NCBI GenBank assembly: GCA_044222065.1
Contig: JBGAOA010000007.1
Location: forward strand, 6,462 to 70,461
Source of the DNA: Candidatus Eiseniibacteriota bacterium
GTDB lineage: Bacteria > Eisenbacteria > RBG-16-71-46
DNA length: 64,000 nucleotides
Direction: 5' to 3'
In this document: one piece after another, positions 28,203 to 37,656 of the stretch
Position numbering within the stretch: the stretch's first letter is position 1
Layout: every line of letters begins with the position of its first letter
The notes under the pieces: generated by a model
Told to the model about the DNA's origin: nothing
The model's database searches: none
The model's input: only the letters and a program-made list of their open reading frames with translations
Program-made: the position numbers and the translations under genes

Positions 28203-29450
28203 CTAATTGGACGCGGTGTTCCACGTACCGGGCTTGAGGGTCAGCTGGCCGCCGGTGAACACGGCATTCGGGAGCGCGCCCTGTTGTGTGAGCCAGTCGA
28301 TGACGCCGCCCGGCTGGTCCTGGGATGCGGTCTGGCGGTGGCGCAGCGTCCAGTCCTCCTTCTCGGCTTCCTTGAAACGCACCTCGGAGGCATAGACGCT
28401 GAAGTAGTCGACGCTGCGGACTTGGTTGTCGTAGCGCTTGGTCAGCTGCACTGCACCGTTGGTGACCAACACGACCGGCAGGCCGTCGGGTCCATCCGAG
28501 TCGAGGCCGTCGTCGAACCAGATGCCCTTGCCGGCCCACGGGCCCTCCGGGTCCGATTCGGTGCAGGTGCTCGGCCCCGCGACGATCACGAGGCACGCGG
28601 ATGGATCCGAGCCGATCTTCTCGACGCGCACACGATTCTGGAAGAACACGCCCTCAGGGAAGACCCAGACGGCGCGGCCGCGCACCCGGATCGTCGTCGT
28701 ACCGTGCGTCTCGAGGAACGTGAGGCCCGCGAACGTGCTGCGAACATAGGAGAAGTAGCGGAGGTTGTTCGCGCCCGCATCAAGCGTGTACGTCGGCGTC
28801 GTCATCGAGTCCTGAAGCGTCGCCTGGGTCGTCGAGCCGTGCGCCGCGAGATACGCCGCGATCGGTGGCGCCGGCACCGAGGGCGGCGCCATCCGGATGC
28901 CGTCCAGCTCGTTGTGGAGCTGCCCGAGCCAGCTCGCGTTCGCCGTGTTCCACCACGCCGTGTCGCCCCGCACGATGATCTTGTCGGTGTTCAGGGCGGT
29001 GATCGGGCCCGCGACCGTGAGCAGCCGCTTGTAGTAGTCGATGCTCGCGCGAATCTCGAACTGGCCGCCCGTCGCGACCGACACGTCGCCGAGCCGGCCG
29101 TAGGCGGTCAGGCTCACGGGCACGCCACCCGCGATCACGCCAGTCCGGTAGGTATTCGGCCCGATCGTCTGGGTCGCGACGACGGAGTCGATGCCGCCCG
29201 CGGGGAAACCCCAGTTCGAGTTCTCGAGCCGCCCGCCCTTCGCGAGCTGGAACTTCGCGCGCTCGATCGCGCTCTGGGTGGCCTCGAACATCTGCTCGCG
29301 GTCGAGCGAGGCGATCATGAACTGCGACTCGTACGACGACAGCGCGAACAGCGAGCCGCCGATCCACGTGAGCGCGATGATCAGCATGATCACGCCGATC
29401 AGCGCGAAACCGCGTTCACCGCGCTCGGAGGTTCGAAGCTCGCGCGTCAT
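28203..29450 (-). CDS. pilX: PilX-like minor pilin / pilus assembly protein with a PilX N-terminal domain
   Basis: ATG at 29450 overlaps the pilW stop. N-terminus MTRELRTSERGERGFALIGVIMLIIALTWIGG matches the PilX_N pattern. Confidence 0.62.
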   Translation of the reverse strand: MTRELRTSERGERGFALIGVIMLIIALTWIGGSLFALSSYESQFMIASLDREQMFEATQSAIERAKFQLAKGGRLENSNWGFPAGGIDSVVATQTIGPNTYRTGVIAGGVPVSLTAYGRLGDVSVATGGQFEIRASIDYYKRLLTVAGPITALNTDKIIVRGDTAWWNTANASWLGQLHNELDGIRMAPPSVPAPPIAAYLAAHGSTTQATLQDSMTTPTYTLDAGANNLRYFSYVRSTFAGLTFLETHGTTTIRVRGRAVWVFPEGVFFQNRVRVEKIGSDPSACLVIVAGPSTCTESDPEGPWAGKGIWFDDGLDSDGPDGLPVVLVTNGAVQLTKRYDNQVRSVDYFSVYASEVRFKEAEKEDWTLRHRQTASQDQPGGVIDWLTQQGALPNAVFTGGQLTLKPGTWNTASN

Positions 29451-29932
29451 CGGTTGTACATCCCCATCGTGGTGTTCAACTCGACGACGGCGCCGTTCGC
29501 GGAGCGCAGGTGCAACGCCGTCACGACGACTTGCGCGGTGTCCGCCCAGGCTTCGAAGCGCACGACCGTCGAGCTGCCGAGGCCGCCGCGGTCGATGAGC
29601 GTGCCGGGAATGCTCGCGACGTATTCGTGGACGAGGGAGTCCCCGCCGAGCTCGTACTTCGCGATCGAAAGTCCGTCGTGGTCGAAGAGGGTGATCGACG
29701 TCGGGCCCGTGGAAACCGTCGCCGACGCCGCGGGGCGGATGTGCTGCGTCATGCGCTCGAGGATGAACGTCCCCTCGCGCTGCGTGAGCGATTGCCCGGA
29801 CGACTCGATCCACGTCGCCTGCGACGTCAGGTAGAAGCCCACCATGCCGACCATGACGATCGTCGCGAGCACGACGACCACCGTCAGCTCGAGCAGCGTG
29901 AGGCCGCGTTCGTTCGAGGTCGTGCGCGTCAT
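29447..29932 (-). CDS. pilW: PilW-like minor pilin (prepilin-type N-terminal cleavage/methylation domain)
   Basis: MTRTTSNERGLTLLELTVVVVLATIVMVG. ATGA overlap with pilV. Confidence 0.68.
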   Translation of the reverse strand: MTRTTSNERGLTLLELTVVVVLATIVMVGMVGFYLTSQATWIESSGQSLTQREGTFILERMTQHIRPAASATVSTGPTSITLFDHDGLSIAKYELGGDSLVHEYVASIPGTLIDRGGLGSSTVVRFEAWADTAQVVVTALHLRSANGAVVELNTTMGMYNR

Positions 29933-30387
29933 TGGGCGGGGAAGAGCCGGGTGAGCACGATGCTGTCCGCTTCGGCGCCGGCGCCCCACGAGACCGAGAC
30001 GCGCGCCTGCTTCAGGTCGTTCGGTCCGTCCGAGTCCGAGCCGCCGGTGCTGTCGAATGCCGCGTCGTACCACGACACGTTCCAGCGTTCGGTGCCGTAG
30101 CTCGTTCCGCGATAGTCGAAGGTCGCGCTGCCCGTCGTGCCGGGCGTGAGCAGCGTCGCCGGCAGCACGGCGAGCTGTTCCATGCGCGACTGCGCGACGC
30201 CGAGCGCGGCGCGCGCGATCTCGTAGCGGCCGATCAAGCCGCGGCCCACCCCGAACGTGTACGCGAGCCCGAGCACGGCGACGACGGCGATCGCGGTCGC
30301 GAGCACCGCCTCGACCAGAGAGAAACCGCGCTGGCCGCGTGCGTCCGCGGCCAGCGCAGTGGGAGCCTTGCCCTGAAGGTCCTTCAT
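29929..30387 (-). CDS. pilV: PilV-like minor pilin
   Basis: MKDLQGKAPTALAADARGQRGFSLVEAVLATAIAVVAVLG, the N-terminal pattern of the PilV family. Confidence 0.68.
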   Translation of the reverse strand: MKDLQGKAPTALAADARGQRGFSLVEAVLATAIAVVAVLGLAYTFGVGRGLIGRYEIARAALGVAQSRMEQLAVLPATLLTPGTTGSATFDYRGTSYGTERWNVSWYDAAFDSTGGSDSDGPNDLKQARVSVSWGAGAEADSIVLTRLFPAQ

Positions 30388-30415
30388 CGATTGCGGCCCG
30401 TCCGGGGCCGTGCGA

Positions 30416-30811
30416 CTACGGCGTCCAGGTGCCGGTGCCCGTCGTGCGGTCGTACGCGTACGTGACGGTGCCGGCGGAGGCCACGTCGCCGATGCCGACG
30501 GCCGTGACCGTGTACCCGGTCGCACCCGTCGCGGCGACCGTGATCGTCCAGTGCGCCTTCGCTTCGGTGAGGTCGCAGTTCAGCGTCGTGCCGAGGCCGG
30601 TCGTGAAGTCGTCCGACGCGTACACGCCGTTGACCTGGAAGTGCGTCTGCTCGGCCGTGATGACGGCGCCGATCGCGCCCTTGGCTTCCGTGCGCTGTGC
30701 GTCCCGGACGTAATTGATGTAGAGCGGCACCGCCACCGCGGCCAGGATCGCCACGATCACGATGACGACCATCAACTCCATCAGGGTGAAGCCTTTTTGG
30801 TTCCTGCGCAT
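30416..30811 (-). CDS. pilA: Type IV major pilin PilA
   Basis: GAGGAGA RBS. MRRNQKGFTLMELMVVIVIVAILAAVAVP is a class III signal sequence with the G|FTLMELM cleavage site. 131 aa. Confidence 0.85.
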   Translation of the reverse strand: MRRNQKGFTLMELMVVIVIVAILAAVAVPLYINYVRDAQRTEAKGAIGAVITAEQTHFQVNGVYASDDFTTGLGTTLNCDLTEAKAHWTITVAATGATGYTVTAVGIGDVASAGTVTYAYDRTTGTGTWTP

Positions 30812-30939
30812 TCCGACGTCTCCTCTGCGGGTGGGCTCCCGTGTGACGGCCGCCCGGCGAACGTCGCCGGGGGTGTTGCGTTCGTGGGGATTCGCCGGCC
30901 GGATTCCAGCGGAACCCGGGTTCGGCGCGGTCGCGACTC

Positions 30940-32208
30940 CTAGTGTCCGAGCAGGCCGGACCGCATGGCCTGACCGAGGTTGAAGATCGGCAGGTAGAGG
31001 GCGATCAGGACGATGCCGACGACCCCGCCGAGCAGGACGATGGCGATCGGCTCGATCAGTGAAGACAGCCCGTCCACCGCCGCAGTCACTCGTTGTTCGT
31101 AGAAGTCTGCCGTGCGGCCGAGCATGTTGTCCAGTTGTCCCGTCTCTTCGCCGGTCGCCGTCATCTGGACGAGCATTTCCGGGAACACGCCCGTGTCGCC
31201 CATCGCCTTGGAAAGCGACGTTCCGGTCTCGACCTTCGCCCGAACCTCCTCGATGCCGCGCTCGAGCACCCGGTTGCCGGGCACCGGCTTCATCACCTTG
31301 AGCGCGTAGAGGATCTGGGTGCCGCTCGCGGTCAGGATCGAGAGCGTGCGGGCGAACTTCGTGATCGCGTACATGCGGATCAGGGAGCCAAAAACCGGCA
31401 ATCTGAACTTGAGGCGATCCATCCACAGCCGCCCCGCCTCGGTCTGGAGCGCGTTCCAGATCGCGAGCACCGCCACGACTCCGAGCGCTGCAACGAGCAG
31501 CAAGTTCTCGGTGATGACCCGGCTCACGACGAGCAGGATCTGGGTCGGCAGCGGGAGCGGGACCTTGAAGCGCGCGTAGATGGTCGCGAACATCGGGATG
31601 ATCTTGAGGATCATCACGAGCAGCACCATGAACGAGAACGTGAGCACGAACGTCGGGTAGCGCAGCGCCGCTTCGACGCGCACGCGCAGCGACTCGGCGC
31701 GCTCGAGGTAGGCCGCGGTCTGGTCCATGATCTGGTCGAGCGTGCCCGAAACCTCGCCCGTGTGGACGAGGCTCACGAACACCTCGTCGAACACCGCCGG
31801 GTGCCGCGACAGGGCGCTCGAGAGCGACTCGCCCTTCTGCACGTCCTCGGCGAGTCGCTCGAGGATGGACGCGAGCTTGCGGTCCTGATGGTCGCGCGCG
31901 ATCGAGCGCAGCGAGCGGACGAGCGGCAGGCCCACGCCGATCATCGTGGACAGCTGGCGTGCGAACAGCGCGACCGAGCCGGGCTGTACGTGGTTCTGCC
32001 AGCGGTCGAGCGCGTGGTGGTAGGCCTTGAGCAGCGGGAAGGCGCGAGCGCTCGCCCGCACGCCCTCGGGCGCGCGCGGCTCGATGAACACGGGCACGAG
32101 CTTCGAGCCCTCGAGGATGCGCAGAACTTCCTCTTCGGAAGCGGCGACCTCGATGCCCTCGTGCGCCCGCCCGCTCGAATCGCGGGCCTTGTAGTAGTAG
32201 CTCGGCAA
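30940..32208 (-). CDS. pilC: Type IV pilus platform protein PilC (GspF family)
   Basis: 422 aa with a duplicated GspF domain and three TM segments. Confidence 0.88.
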   Translation of the reverse strand: MPSYYYKARDSSGRAHEGIEVAASEEEVLRILEGSKLVPVFIEPRAPEGVRASARAFPLLKAYHHALDRWQNHVQPGSVALFARQLSTMIGVGLPLVRSLRSIARDHQDRKLASILERLAEDVQKGESLSSALSRHPAVFDEVFVSLVHTGEVSGTLDQIMDQTAAYLERAESLRVRVEAALRYPTFVLTFSFMVLLVMILKIIPMFATIYARFKVPLPLPTQILLVVSRVITENLLLVAALGVVAVLAIWNALQTEAGRLWMDRLKFRLPVFGSLIRMYAITKFARTLSILTASGTQILYALKVMKPVPGNRVLERGIEEVRAKVETGTSLSKAMGDTGVFPEMLVQMTATGEETGQLDNMLGRTADFYEQRVTAAVDGLSSLIEPIAIVLLGGVVGIVLIALYLPIFNLGQAMRSGLLGH

Positions 32209-32211
32209 TGC

Positions 32212-33936
32212 CTACTCCGGGTCGGCGAGCGTGACCGCCCGCACTTCGTCCAACGTCGTCACGCCGTCGAGCGCCTTGCGGATGCCGCTCTTGCGCAGCG
32301 TCATGAGTCCGTCGGCGACCGAGCGCTGCTTGATCTGGTCTTCGTTGAGGCCGTCGAGGACCATGCGCCGGACGCCCTTCGTCACTTCCATCACCTCGAA
32401 CACCGCGACGCGGCCCTGATAGCCGGTCTGCTTGCAGACGATGCAGCCGCGTCCGCGCGCGAGTCTCTTTCCCACGAGCAGCGGCGCGTCCTCGCCGAGC
32501 GCCGCGACCGTTTCGGCGTCGGCGACGTACCACTCCTTGCAGCGCTCGCACACGCGGCGCACGAGGCGCTGCGCCATCACCATCGTCACGGCGGAGCCAA
32601 CGAGGTAGCGCGGCACGTCCATGTCGACGAGGCGCGTCACCGTGCCGGGCGCGTCGTTCGCGTGCACCGACGACAGCACGAGGTGGCCCGTGAGCGCCGA
32701 CTTCACCGCGATGTCCGCGGTCTCGGCGTCACGGATCTCGCCGATCATGATCACGTCCGGGTCCTGGCGCAGGATCGAGCGCAGCGCGCGCGCGAACGTC
32801 ATGCCGACCTTGTGGTTCGCGTGCACCTGGTTCACGGCCTCGATGTGGTACTCGATCGGGTCCTCGACCGACACGACGTTCTTGTGGACGCTCTTGATCT
32901 CGCCGAGCGCCGAGTAGAGCGTCGTCGTCTTTCCCGATCCCGTCGGGCCCGAGACGAGGATCATGCCGTAGGGCTGGCGGATCGATCGCTGGAACACCTC
33001 GAGGCCCTGGCCTTCGAGCCCGAGATTGTGGATCTCGCGGGTGAACGCCATCTTGTCGAACAGTCGCATCACGACCTTCTCGCCGAACGCGGTCGGCAGC
33101 GTCGAGACGCGGATGTCCACCTCGCGGTCCGGCAGGTGCACCGTGAGCCGGCCGTCCTGCGGCAGCAGCCGCACGGCGATGTCGAGGTCCGAGAGCACCT
33201 TGATGCGCGAGATGATCGCCATCTGCAGATTCTTCGGCGGCTTCATGACCTCGTGCAGCAGGCCGTCGATGCGGAAGCGCACGACGACGCGGTCGCGCGC
33301 GGGCTCGACGTGGATGTCGCTCGCGCGCTGGTCGATCGCCTCGGCGAGCATCAGGTTCACGAGCCGCACGACCGGCGCGTCCTCGACCTGCGCGCGCAGC
33401 GCGGCGAGGTCCACGTCGGACTCCTCGTCGCTCGCGGCCGTGAGGTCGATCTTGTCGAGGATCTCGCCGACCTGCTCGGTCGCGCGGATCTCCTGGTAGA
33501 ACTCCTCGACCGCCTCGCGCACCTCGCTCGGCTGCGAGATCCACACCTTGAGCGAGCAGCCCGTGAGCGCGCGCAGGTGGTCGAGCGACACGACGTCGAG
33601 CGGATCGCCGACCGCGACCTCGATCTGGTCCTCGTGCCGCGCGAGCGCCAGCATGCCGGCCTGCTTCGCGAGGTGTTCGGGGATCAGCTTCACCGCGACG
33701 GGGTCGGCCTTCGAGAGCCGCTCGGCATCCGCGATCGGGAGCGAGAACTGCTCGGCGAGCAGCTCGACGACGTGACGCTCCTTGAGCACGCCCATGCGGA
33801 CGAGCGTCTGGCCGAGACGTTCCTTCGGATCGCTGCGTCCCTTGAGCGCGCCCTGCAGCTGCTCGGGCGTCACGAGCCCGCGCTCGACGATCAACTCGCC
33901 GAAGCGCCGCGTCGAGAGGCGGAACGAAGTCGTCAT
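32212..33936 (-). CDS. pilB: Type IV pilus assembly ATPase PilB (GspE family)
   Basis: ATG at 33936 overlaps the pilT stop. Walker A GPTGSGKTT, a tetra-Cys motif CERCK...CIVCKQTG, and an N-terminal GSPII domain. Confidence 0.9.
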   Translation of the reverse strand: MTTSFRLSTRRFGELIVERGLVTPEQLQGALKGRSDPKERLGQTLVRMGVLKERHVVELLAEQFSLPIADAERLSKADPVAVKLIPEHLAKQAGMLALARHEDQIEVAVGDPLDVVSLDHLRALTGCSLKVWISQPSEVREAVEEFYQEIRATEQVGEILDKIDLTAASDEESDVDLAALRAQVEDAPVVRLVNLMLAEAIDQRASDIHVEPARDRVVVRFRIDGLLHEVMKPPKNLQMAIISRIKVLSDLDIAVRLLPQDGRLTVHLPDREVDIRVSTLPTAFGEKVVMRLFDKMAFTREIHNLGLEGQGLEVFQRSIRQPYGMILVSGPTGSGKTTTLYSALGEIKSVHKNVVSVEDPIEYHIEAVNQVHANHKVGMTFARALRSILRQDPDVIMIGEIRDAETADIAVKSALTGHLVLSSVHANDAPGTVTRLVDMDVPRYLVGSAVTMVMAQRLVRRVCERCKEWYVADAETVAALGEDAPLLVGKRLARGRGCIVCKQTGYQGRVAVFEVMEVTKGVRRMVLDGLNEDQIKQRSVADGLMTLRKSGIRKALDGVTTLDEVRAVTLADPE

Positions 33937-35069
33937 CGGGGCGCCGCCGATCGCGCCGGAACGCCGCCGGCGATGTTCGCCGCCCGGTAGTGGCGCTTCT
34001 GGAGGTGGGCGCGCTTCTCGGTGTCCTCGAAGTACGGATGCGCGACCTCGAAGTCGATCGTGCCGCGATCCACGAGCTCGGCGAGCGAATCGTCGAGCGC
34101 GATCATGTCCTCCTTGAGGCTCGTCGCGATCACGTTCGTGATCTGGTGGATCTTGTCCTCGCGGATCAGGTTCTGCACCGCCTGGTTGACGAACAGGATC
34201 TCGCGCGCCGCGACGCGCCCGCGGCCGTCCGTGCGCGGCAGCAGCACCTGGCACACGACGGCGCGCAGCGTGAGCGAGAGCTGCGAGCGGATCTGCGACT
34301 GCTGGTGCGGGGGGAACGAGTCGATGATGCGCGTCACGGTCTGCGAGGCGGACTGCGTCGCCATCGTCGAGATGACGAGGTTGCCCGTCTCGGCCGCGGT
34401 CAGCGCGATCGCCATGCTCGAGAGGTCTCGCATCTCGCCGACGAAGATCACGTGCGGCAGCTGCCGCAGCGCGCCGCGCAGGCCGCGCGCGTAGCTCTTC
34501 GTGTCCACGCCGACCTCGCGCTGTTCGATCACGGCGTTCTTCGGCTCGAACACGAACTCGATCGGGTCCTCGACCGTCACGATGTGCTTGCGCGCCGCAC
34601 CCTGGTTCAGCTGCTCGACGAGCGACGCGATCGTCGTGGACTTGCCGGCGCCGGTCGGCCCCGTCACGAGCACGAGGCCGCGCGTGAGCCCGAGCAGCCG
34701 CTGGACGACGTGCGGGGCGAGCCCGATCTCGGTCGGAAGCGGGATGCGCATGGGAACGATGCGGATCGCGGCGCCCCAGCAGCCCTTCTGGACGAACAGG
34801 TTGACGCGGAAGTGGGCCACGCCCGCGAGCACGTAGCGCGTGTCGAGTTCGAGGTCGCGCAGGAAGCGCTCGTGGAGCGCGGGGGTGAGGAAGCTCTCGG
34901 CGAGGCGGCGCGAGTCGTCCGGCGTGAGCGATTGCGTTCCCGTCATCGGCTGCAGCACGCCCGCGACCGTGACCATGACCGGGTGGCCCGCGGTCAGGAT
35001 GAGGTCCGAGGCGCCGAGTTCGGCCGCCCGCCTCAGGATCGGGTCGCGTTCGAGGAGGATGGCGTCCAT
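33933..35069 (-). CDS. pilT: Twitching-motility retraction ATPase PilT
   Basis: Walker A GPTGAGKST, His box and AIRNLIRE-like motif (AVQNLIREDKIHQI). Confidence 0.88.
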   Translation of the reverse strand: MDAILLERDPILRRAAELGASDLILTAGHPVMVTVAGVLQPMTGTQSLTPDDSRRLAESFLTPALHERFLRDLELDTRYVLAGVAHFRVNLFVQKGCWGAAIRIVPMRIPLPTEIGLAPHVVQRLLGLTRGLVLVTGPTGAGKSTTIASLVEQLNQGAARKHIVTVEDPIEFVFEPKNAVIEQREVGVDTKSYARGLRGALRQLPHVIFVGEMRDLSSMAIALTAAETGNLVISTMATQSASQTVTRIIDSFPPHQQSQIRSQLSLTLRAVVCQVLLPRTDGRGRVAAREILFVNQAVQNLIREDKIHQITNVIATSLKEDMIALDDSLAELVDRGTIDFEVAHPYFEDTEKRAHLQKRHYRAANIAGGVPARSAAPR

Positions 35070-35819
35070 GGGAACGGCAGCGAGCCTCGCAAACCTCGCT
35101 CACGCCCCCGAAGGGACGCGGCGAGCCACAGGTCGGACCCAGAATGCTCTTTCGGGCCTTCCGAAAGCGGGCAAGGGGGCATCGGAAGCGAGCGCTTCGG
35201 GACTTGAGAAGTACGGTGGAGTGGATCCCGAAACCGATTCGAGCGGCGAAGAATAGGCAGCCCCTCCCCGGGGTGTCAACGATCACGCATCGAGCGCGCC
35301 ACGAGCCTCGACGAGTTCGGCGCGAAGCGCGCGATCGCGCTCGAACTCCGCGCAAAGCGCACGATCCGAGCGCTCGTTCGTCGTGGTCTCGCATCTTCTC
35401 GCGCGCCGCAAGTGCGGCGATTCGAACTCCGATCGACCGGCTCGCGACTGGCCGCACCGGACGCGAACGTTGCACTCGCGGCTTGTACGGATTGCACGAT
35501 TCAACGTCCTTCCGCCTCGCGCCTCGCCGGACCCGCGTCGACCGTGCGGCATCCGCCCCCGAATTCCCCACATTTCCGGCACATCTGCGCCGAATGCCCC
35601 GCCCGGCTGCGCGAGGCGACCCGCAGGGCACGTTTCTCGCTGAACGGCCGCGCGGTTCGCCGGCGCGGGGGACGCCCCGGCGGCCATTGCGGTGCACACA
35701 GGACGTCCGGGTACCTCCTCTCCCGGCGCCGCCCTCTGACTCCTTCGCTCGACTCAAGCGGTGTCCGGTCGTCGTACGTGCAGGGATGCCACGCACGGCG
35801 CCGGCTGGGGGATAGCCGG

Positions 35820-36632
35820 ATGAACCTGCTTCGCTCCACGCTCACGCTCACGGCCCTCGGACTCGTGCTCATGGTCTCCTCGGTGCAGGCGCAGTCCACC
35901 TGGAACAGCGTCACCGTGCGCTGGACCACGCCGGGTGACGACAGTCTCGCGGGCACGGCCTCGGAGTTCGACCTGCGCTACTCGACTTCGCCGATCACGA
36001 TCGCGAACTTCGCCTCGGCGACCCGATTCCTCGCCACGCCCACGCCCGCGACCCCGGGGACGCAGCAGTCCGTGGTCGTGACGGGGCTCCAGCCGAGCAC
36101 GACCTACTATTTCGCGATCAAGACCGGCGACGACGTCCCGAACTGGTCGGGGCTCTCGAACGTCGTCTCGAAGACGACGACCGCGGCGCCCGACGACGTG
36201 CGTCCGGCGGCGATCGCGAACGTCGCGATCACGGCGCTCACCGACTCGTCCGCCGCGCTCGCGTGGACGGCGACCGGCGACGACAGCCTGACGGGCACGG
36301 CGACGACCTACGACGTCCGCTACTCGACGGCGCCCATCACGCTCGCGAACTGGGCGGCCGCGTCGCAGGCGACCGGTGAACCGGCGCCGGCGGTCTCGGG
36401 CACCGCGCAGTCGTTCACGGTGCGCGGTCTCGCGCGCCAGACCACCTACTACTTCGCGATCCGGGTCGCGGACGAGGGCGGCAATCCGTCGGCGCTCTCG
36501 AACGTTCCGAGCGGCACCACGACCGATACGCTCGCCCCGGCCGCCATCCGCGACCTGGCCGCGAGCTTCGTGTGGTTCGGCTCGACCCTGAGCGCGGTGC
36601 TGCCGCGGCAGCCGGAGCCTTCGTCCCGATGA
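35820..36632 (+). CDS. Secreted protein with three fibronectin type III-like repeats
   Basis: Signal peptide MNLLRSTLTLTALGLVLMVSSVQA. Three repeats of the pattern W(T/A)ATGDDSL(A/T)GTA..YD(L/V)RYST(S/A)PIT(I/L)ANW...TTYYFAI. Confidence 0.72.
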   Translation: MNLLRSTLTLTALGLVLMVSSVQAQSTWNSVTVRWTTPGDDSLAGTASEFDLRYSTSPITIANFASATRFLATPTPATPGTQQSVVVTGLQPSTTYYFAIKTGDDVPNWSGLSNVVSKTTTAAPDDVRPAAIANVAITALTDSSAALAWTATGDDSLTGTATTYDVRYSTAPITLANWAAASQATGEPAPAVSGTAQSFTVRGLARQTTYYFAIRVADEGGNPSALSNVPSGTTTDTLAPAAIRDLAASFVWFGSTLSAVLPRQPEPSSR

Positions 36633-37642
36633 TCTTCTTCACGACGCCGAGACGCCCGCGCACGGGCCGGCCCGCGTGGCGGCGATACTTCGCCGGCATC
36701 GTCGCGGTGCTGCTCGCGCTGCTCGCGCCGGCGCTCGTGAACGCGCAGACGCCGACCGACAGCCTGACGCTGACGTGGACCGCCACGGGCGACGACTCGA
36801 CGATCGGCACGGCGACGCTCTACGACATGAAGTACTCGACCTCGCCTATCACGCTCGCGAACTGGAGCTCGGCGCCGAGCGTGCCCGGCATGCCGGCGCC
36901 GCTGCCGTCCGGCACGCGCCAGACCGTGAGGCTGCGCGGCCTGTCGCGCGACACGACCTACTACGTCGCGATCCGCACCCGCGACGACGCGAGCAACTGG
37001 TCCGCGCTCTCGAACGTCGTGCGCTGGGACTGGACGCTCGACACGGCGCCGCCGTCGGCGCCGACCGGCGTCGCGGCCGCGAACGAAGGCGACAACGTGC
37101 GCGTGACGTGGAACGCGAACGCGGAGGCCGACCTCGCGGGTTACTTCGTGTACCGCGCGACCGCCGCGGGCGGACCGTTCACGAAGCTCACGCCGTCGCT
37201 TCTCACCGGCACGACGCAGTACCTCGACACGAACGTCCCGTCGGGCGCCGCGTCCGTGTGGTACCGCGTGACCGCGCGCGACCTCAACCTGAACGAGAGC
37301 GCGCAGAGCGCCGCGGCGCAGGCGGTCGTGGGCGGCACGAACGGCGTCGTCGCCGACTGGACGCTCTCGCCCGGCTATCCGAACCCGAGCCGCATCGGTC
37401 AGCCCGTGTGCTTGCCCATGGTCATCCCGGCGAGCGGCGCGGGCGAGGCGGTCGTGGACATCCTGAACGTCGCGGGCTCGCGCGTGCGGAGGCTCTACGT
37501 CGGCTCCGCGCCGAGCTGCCTCGGCGGCATCGAGTGGGACGGCCGCAACGACGCAGGCGCCGACGTCGCCCCCGGCGTGTACCGCGCGTGGCTGATCGTG
37601 GGCGGCCAGCGCAACGTCATCAAGCTGGTGCGCCAGCCGTGA
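36629..37642 (+). CDS. Secreted protein with FN3-like repeats and a Por-secretion-tail-like C-terminal domain
   Basis: ATG overlaps the upstream stop (ATGA). It has its own signal peptide. Repeats have the same pattern as the upstream gene. C-terminal tail VVDILNVAGSRVRRLY...WDGRNDAGADVAPGVYRAWLIVGGQRNVIKLV. Confidence 0.72.
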   Translation: MIFFTTPRRPRTGRPAWRRYFAGIVAVLLALLAPALVNAQTPTDSLTLTWTATGDDSTIGTATLYDMKYSTSPITLANWSSAPSVPGMPAPLPSGTRQTVRLRGLSRDTTYYVAIRTRDDASNWSALSNVVRWDWTLDTAPPSAPTGVAAANEGDNVRVTWNANAEADLAGYFVYRATAAGGPFTKLTPSLLTGTTQYLDTNVPSGAASVWYRVTARDLNLNESAQSAAAQAVVGGTNGVVADWTLSPGYPNPSRIGQPVCLPMVIPASGAGEAVVDILNVAGSRVRRLYVGSAPSCLGGIEWDGRNDAGADVAPGVYRAWLIVGGQRNVIKLVRQP

Positions 37643-37656
37643 GGAAGGAACCGCGC

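Noticed and set aside
30812-30939. Sigma-54 promoter upstream of pilA
   Set aside because: Only the GG-N10-GC spacing is present (TGGAAT...CGGCG). The -12 TTGC element is absent, so the evidence is too weak to annotate as a feature.
31093-33990. 965-aa plus-strand ORF antisense to pilC/pilB
   Set aside because: Arg/Glu/Asp-rich with no domains. The minus-strand genes contain Walker and GspF motifs.
35070-35819. tmRNA, SRP RNA, RNase P RNA or a tRNA in the 750-bp gap
   Set aside because: I found no GGGG...tag-peptide frame, GGTTCGAATCC T-loop with complementary stems, SRP domain IV or RNase P P4 motifs. Only partial TTCGA-like strings are present.
36629-36632. Possible frameshift-split of a single FN3 gene into two (35820..36632 and 36629..37642)
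   Set aside because: The second ORF begins with its own complete signal peptide and an ATG overlapping the first stop, so two genes are more likely than a disrupted one.
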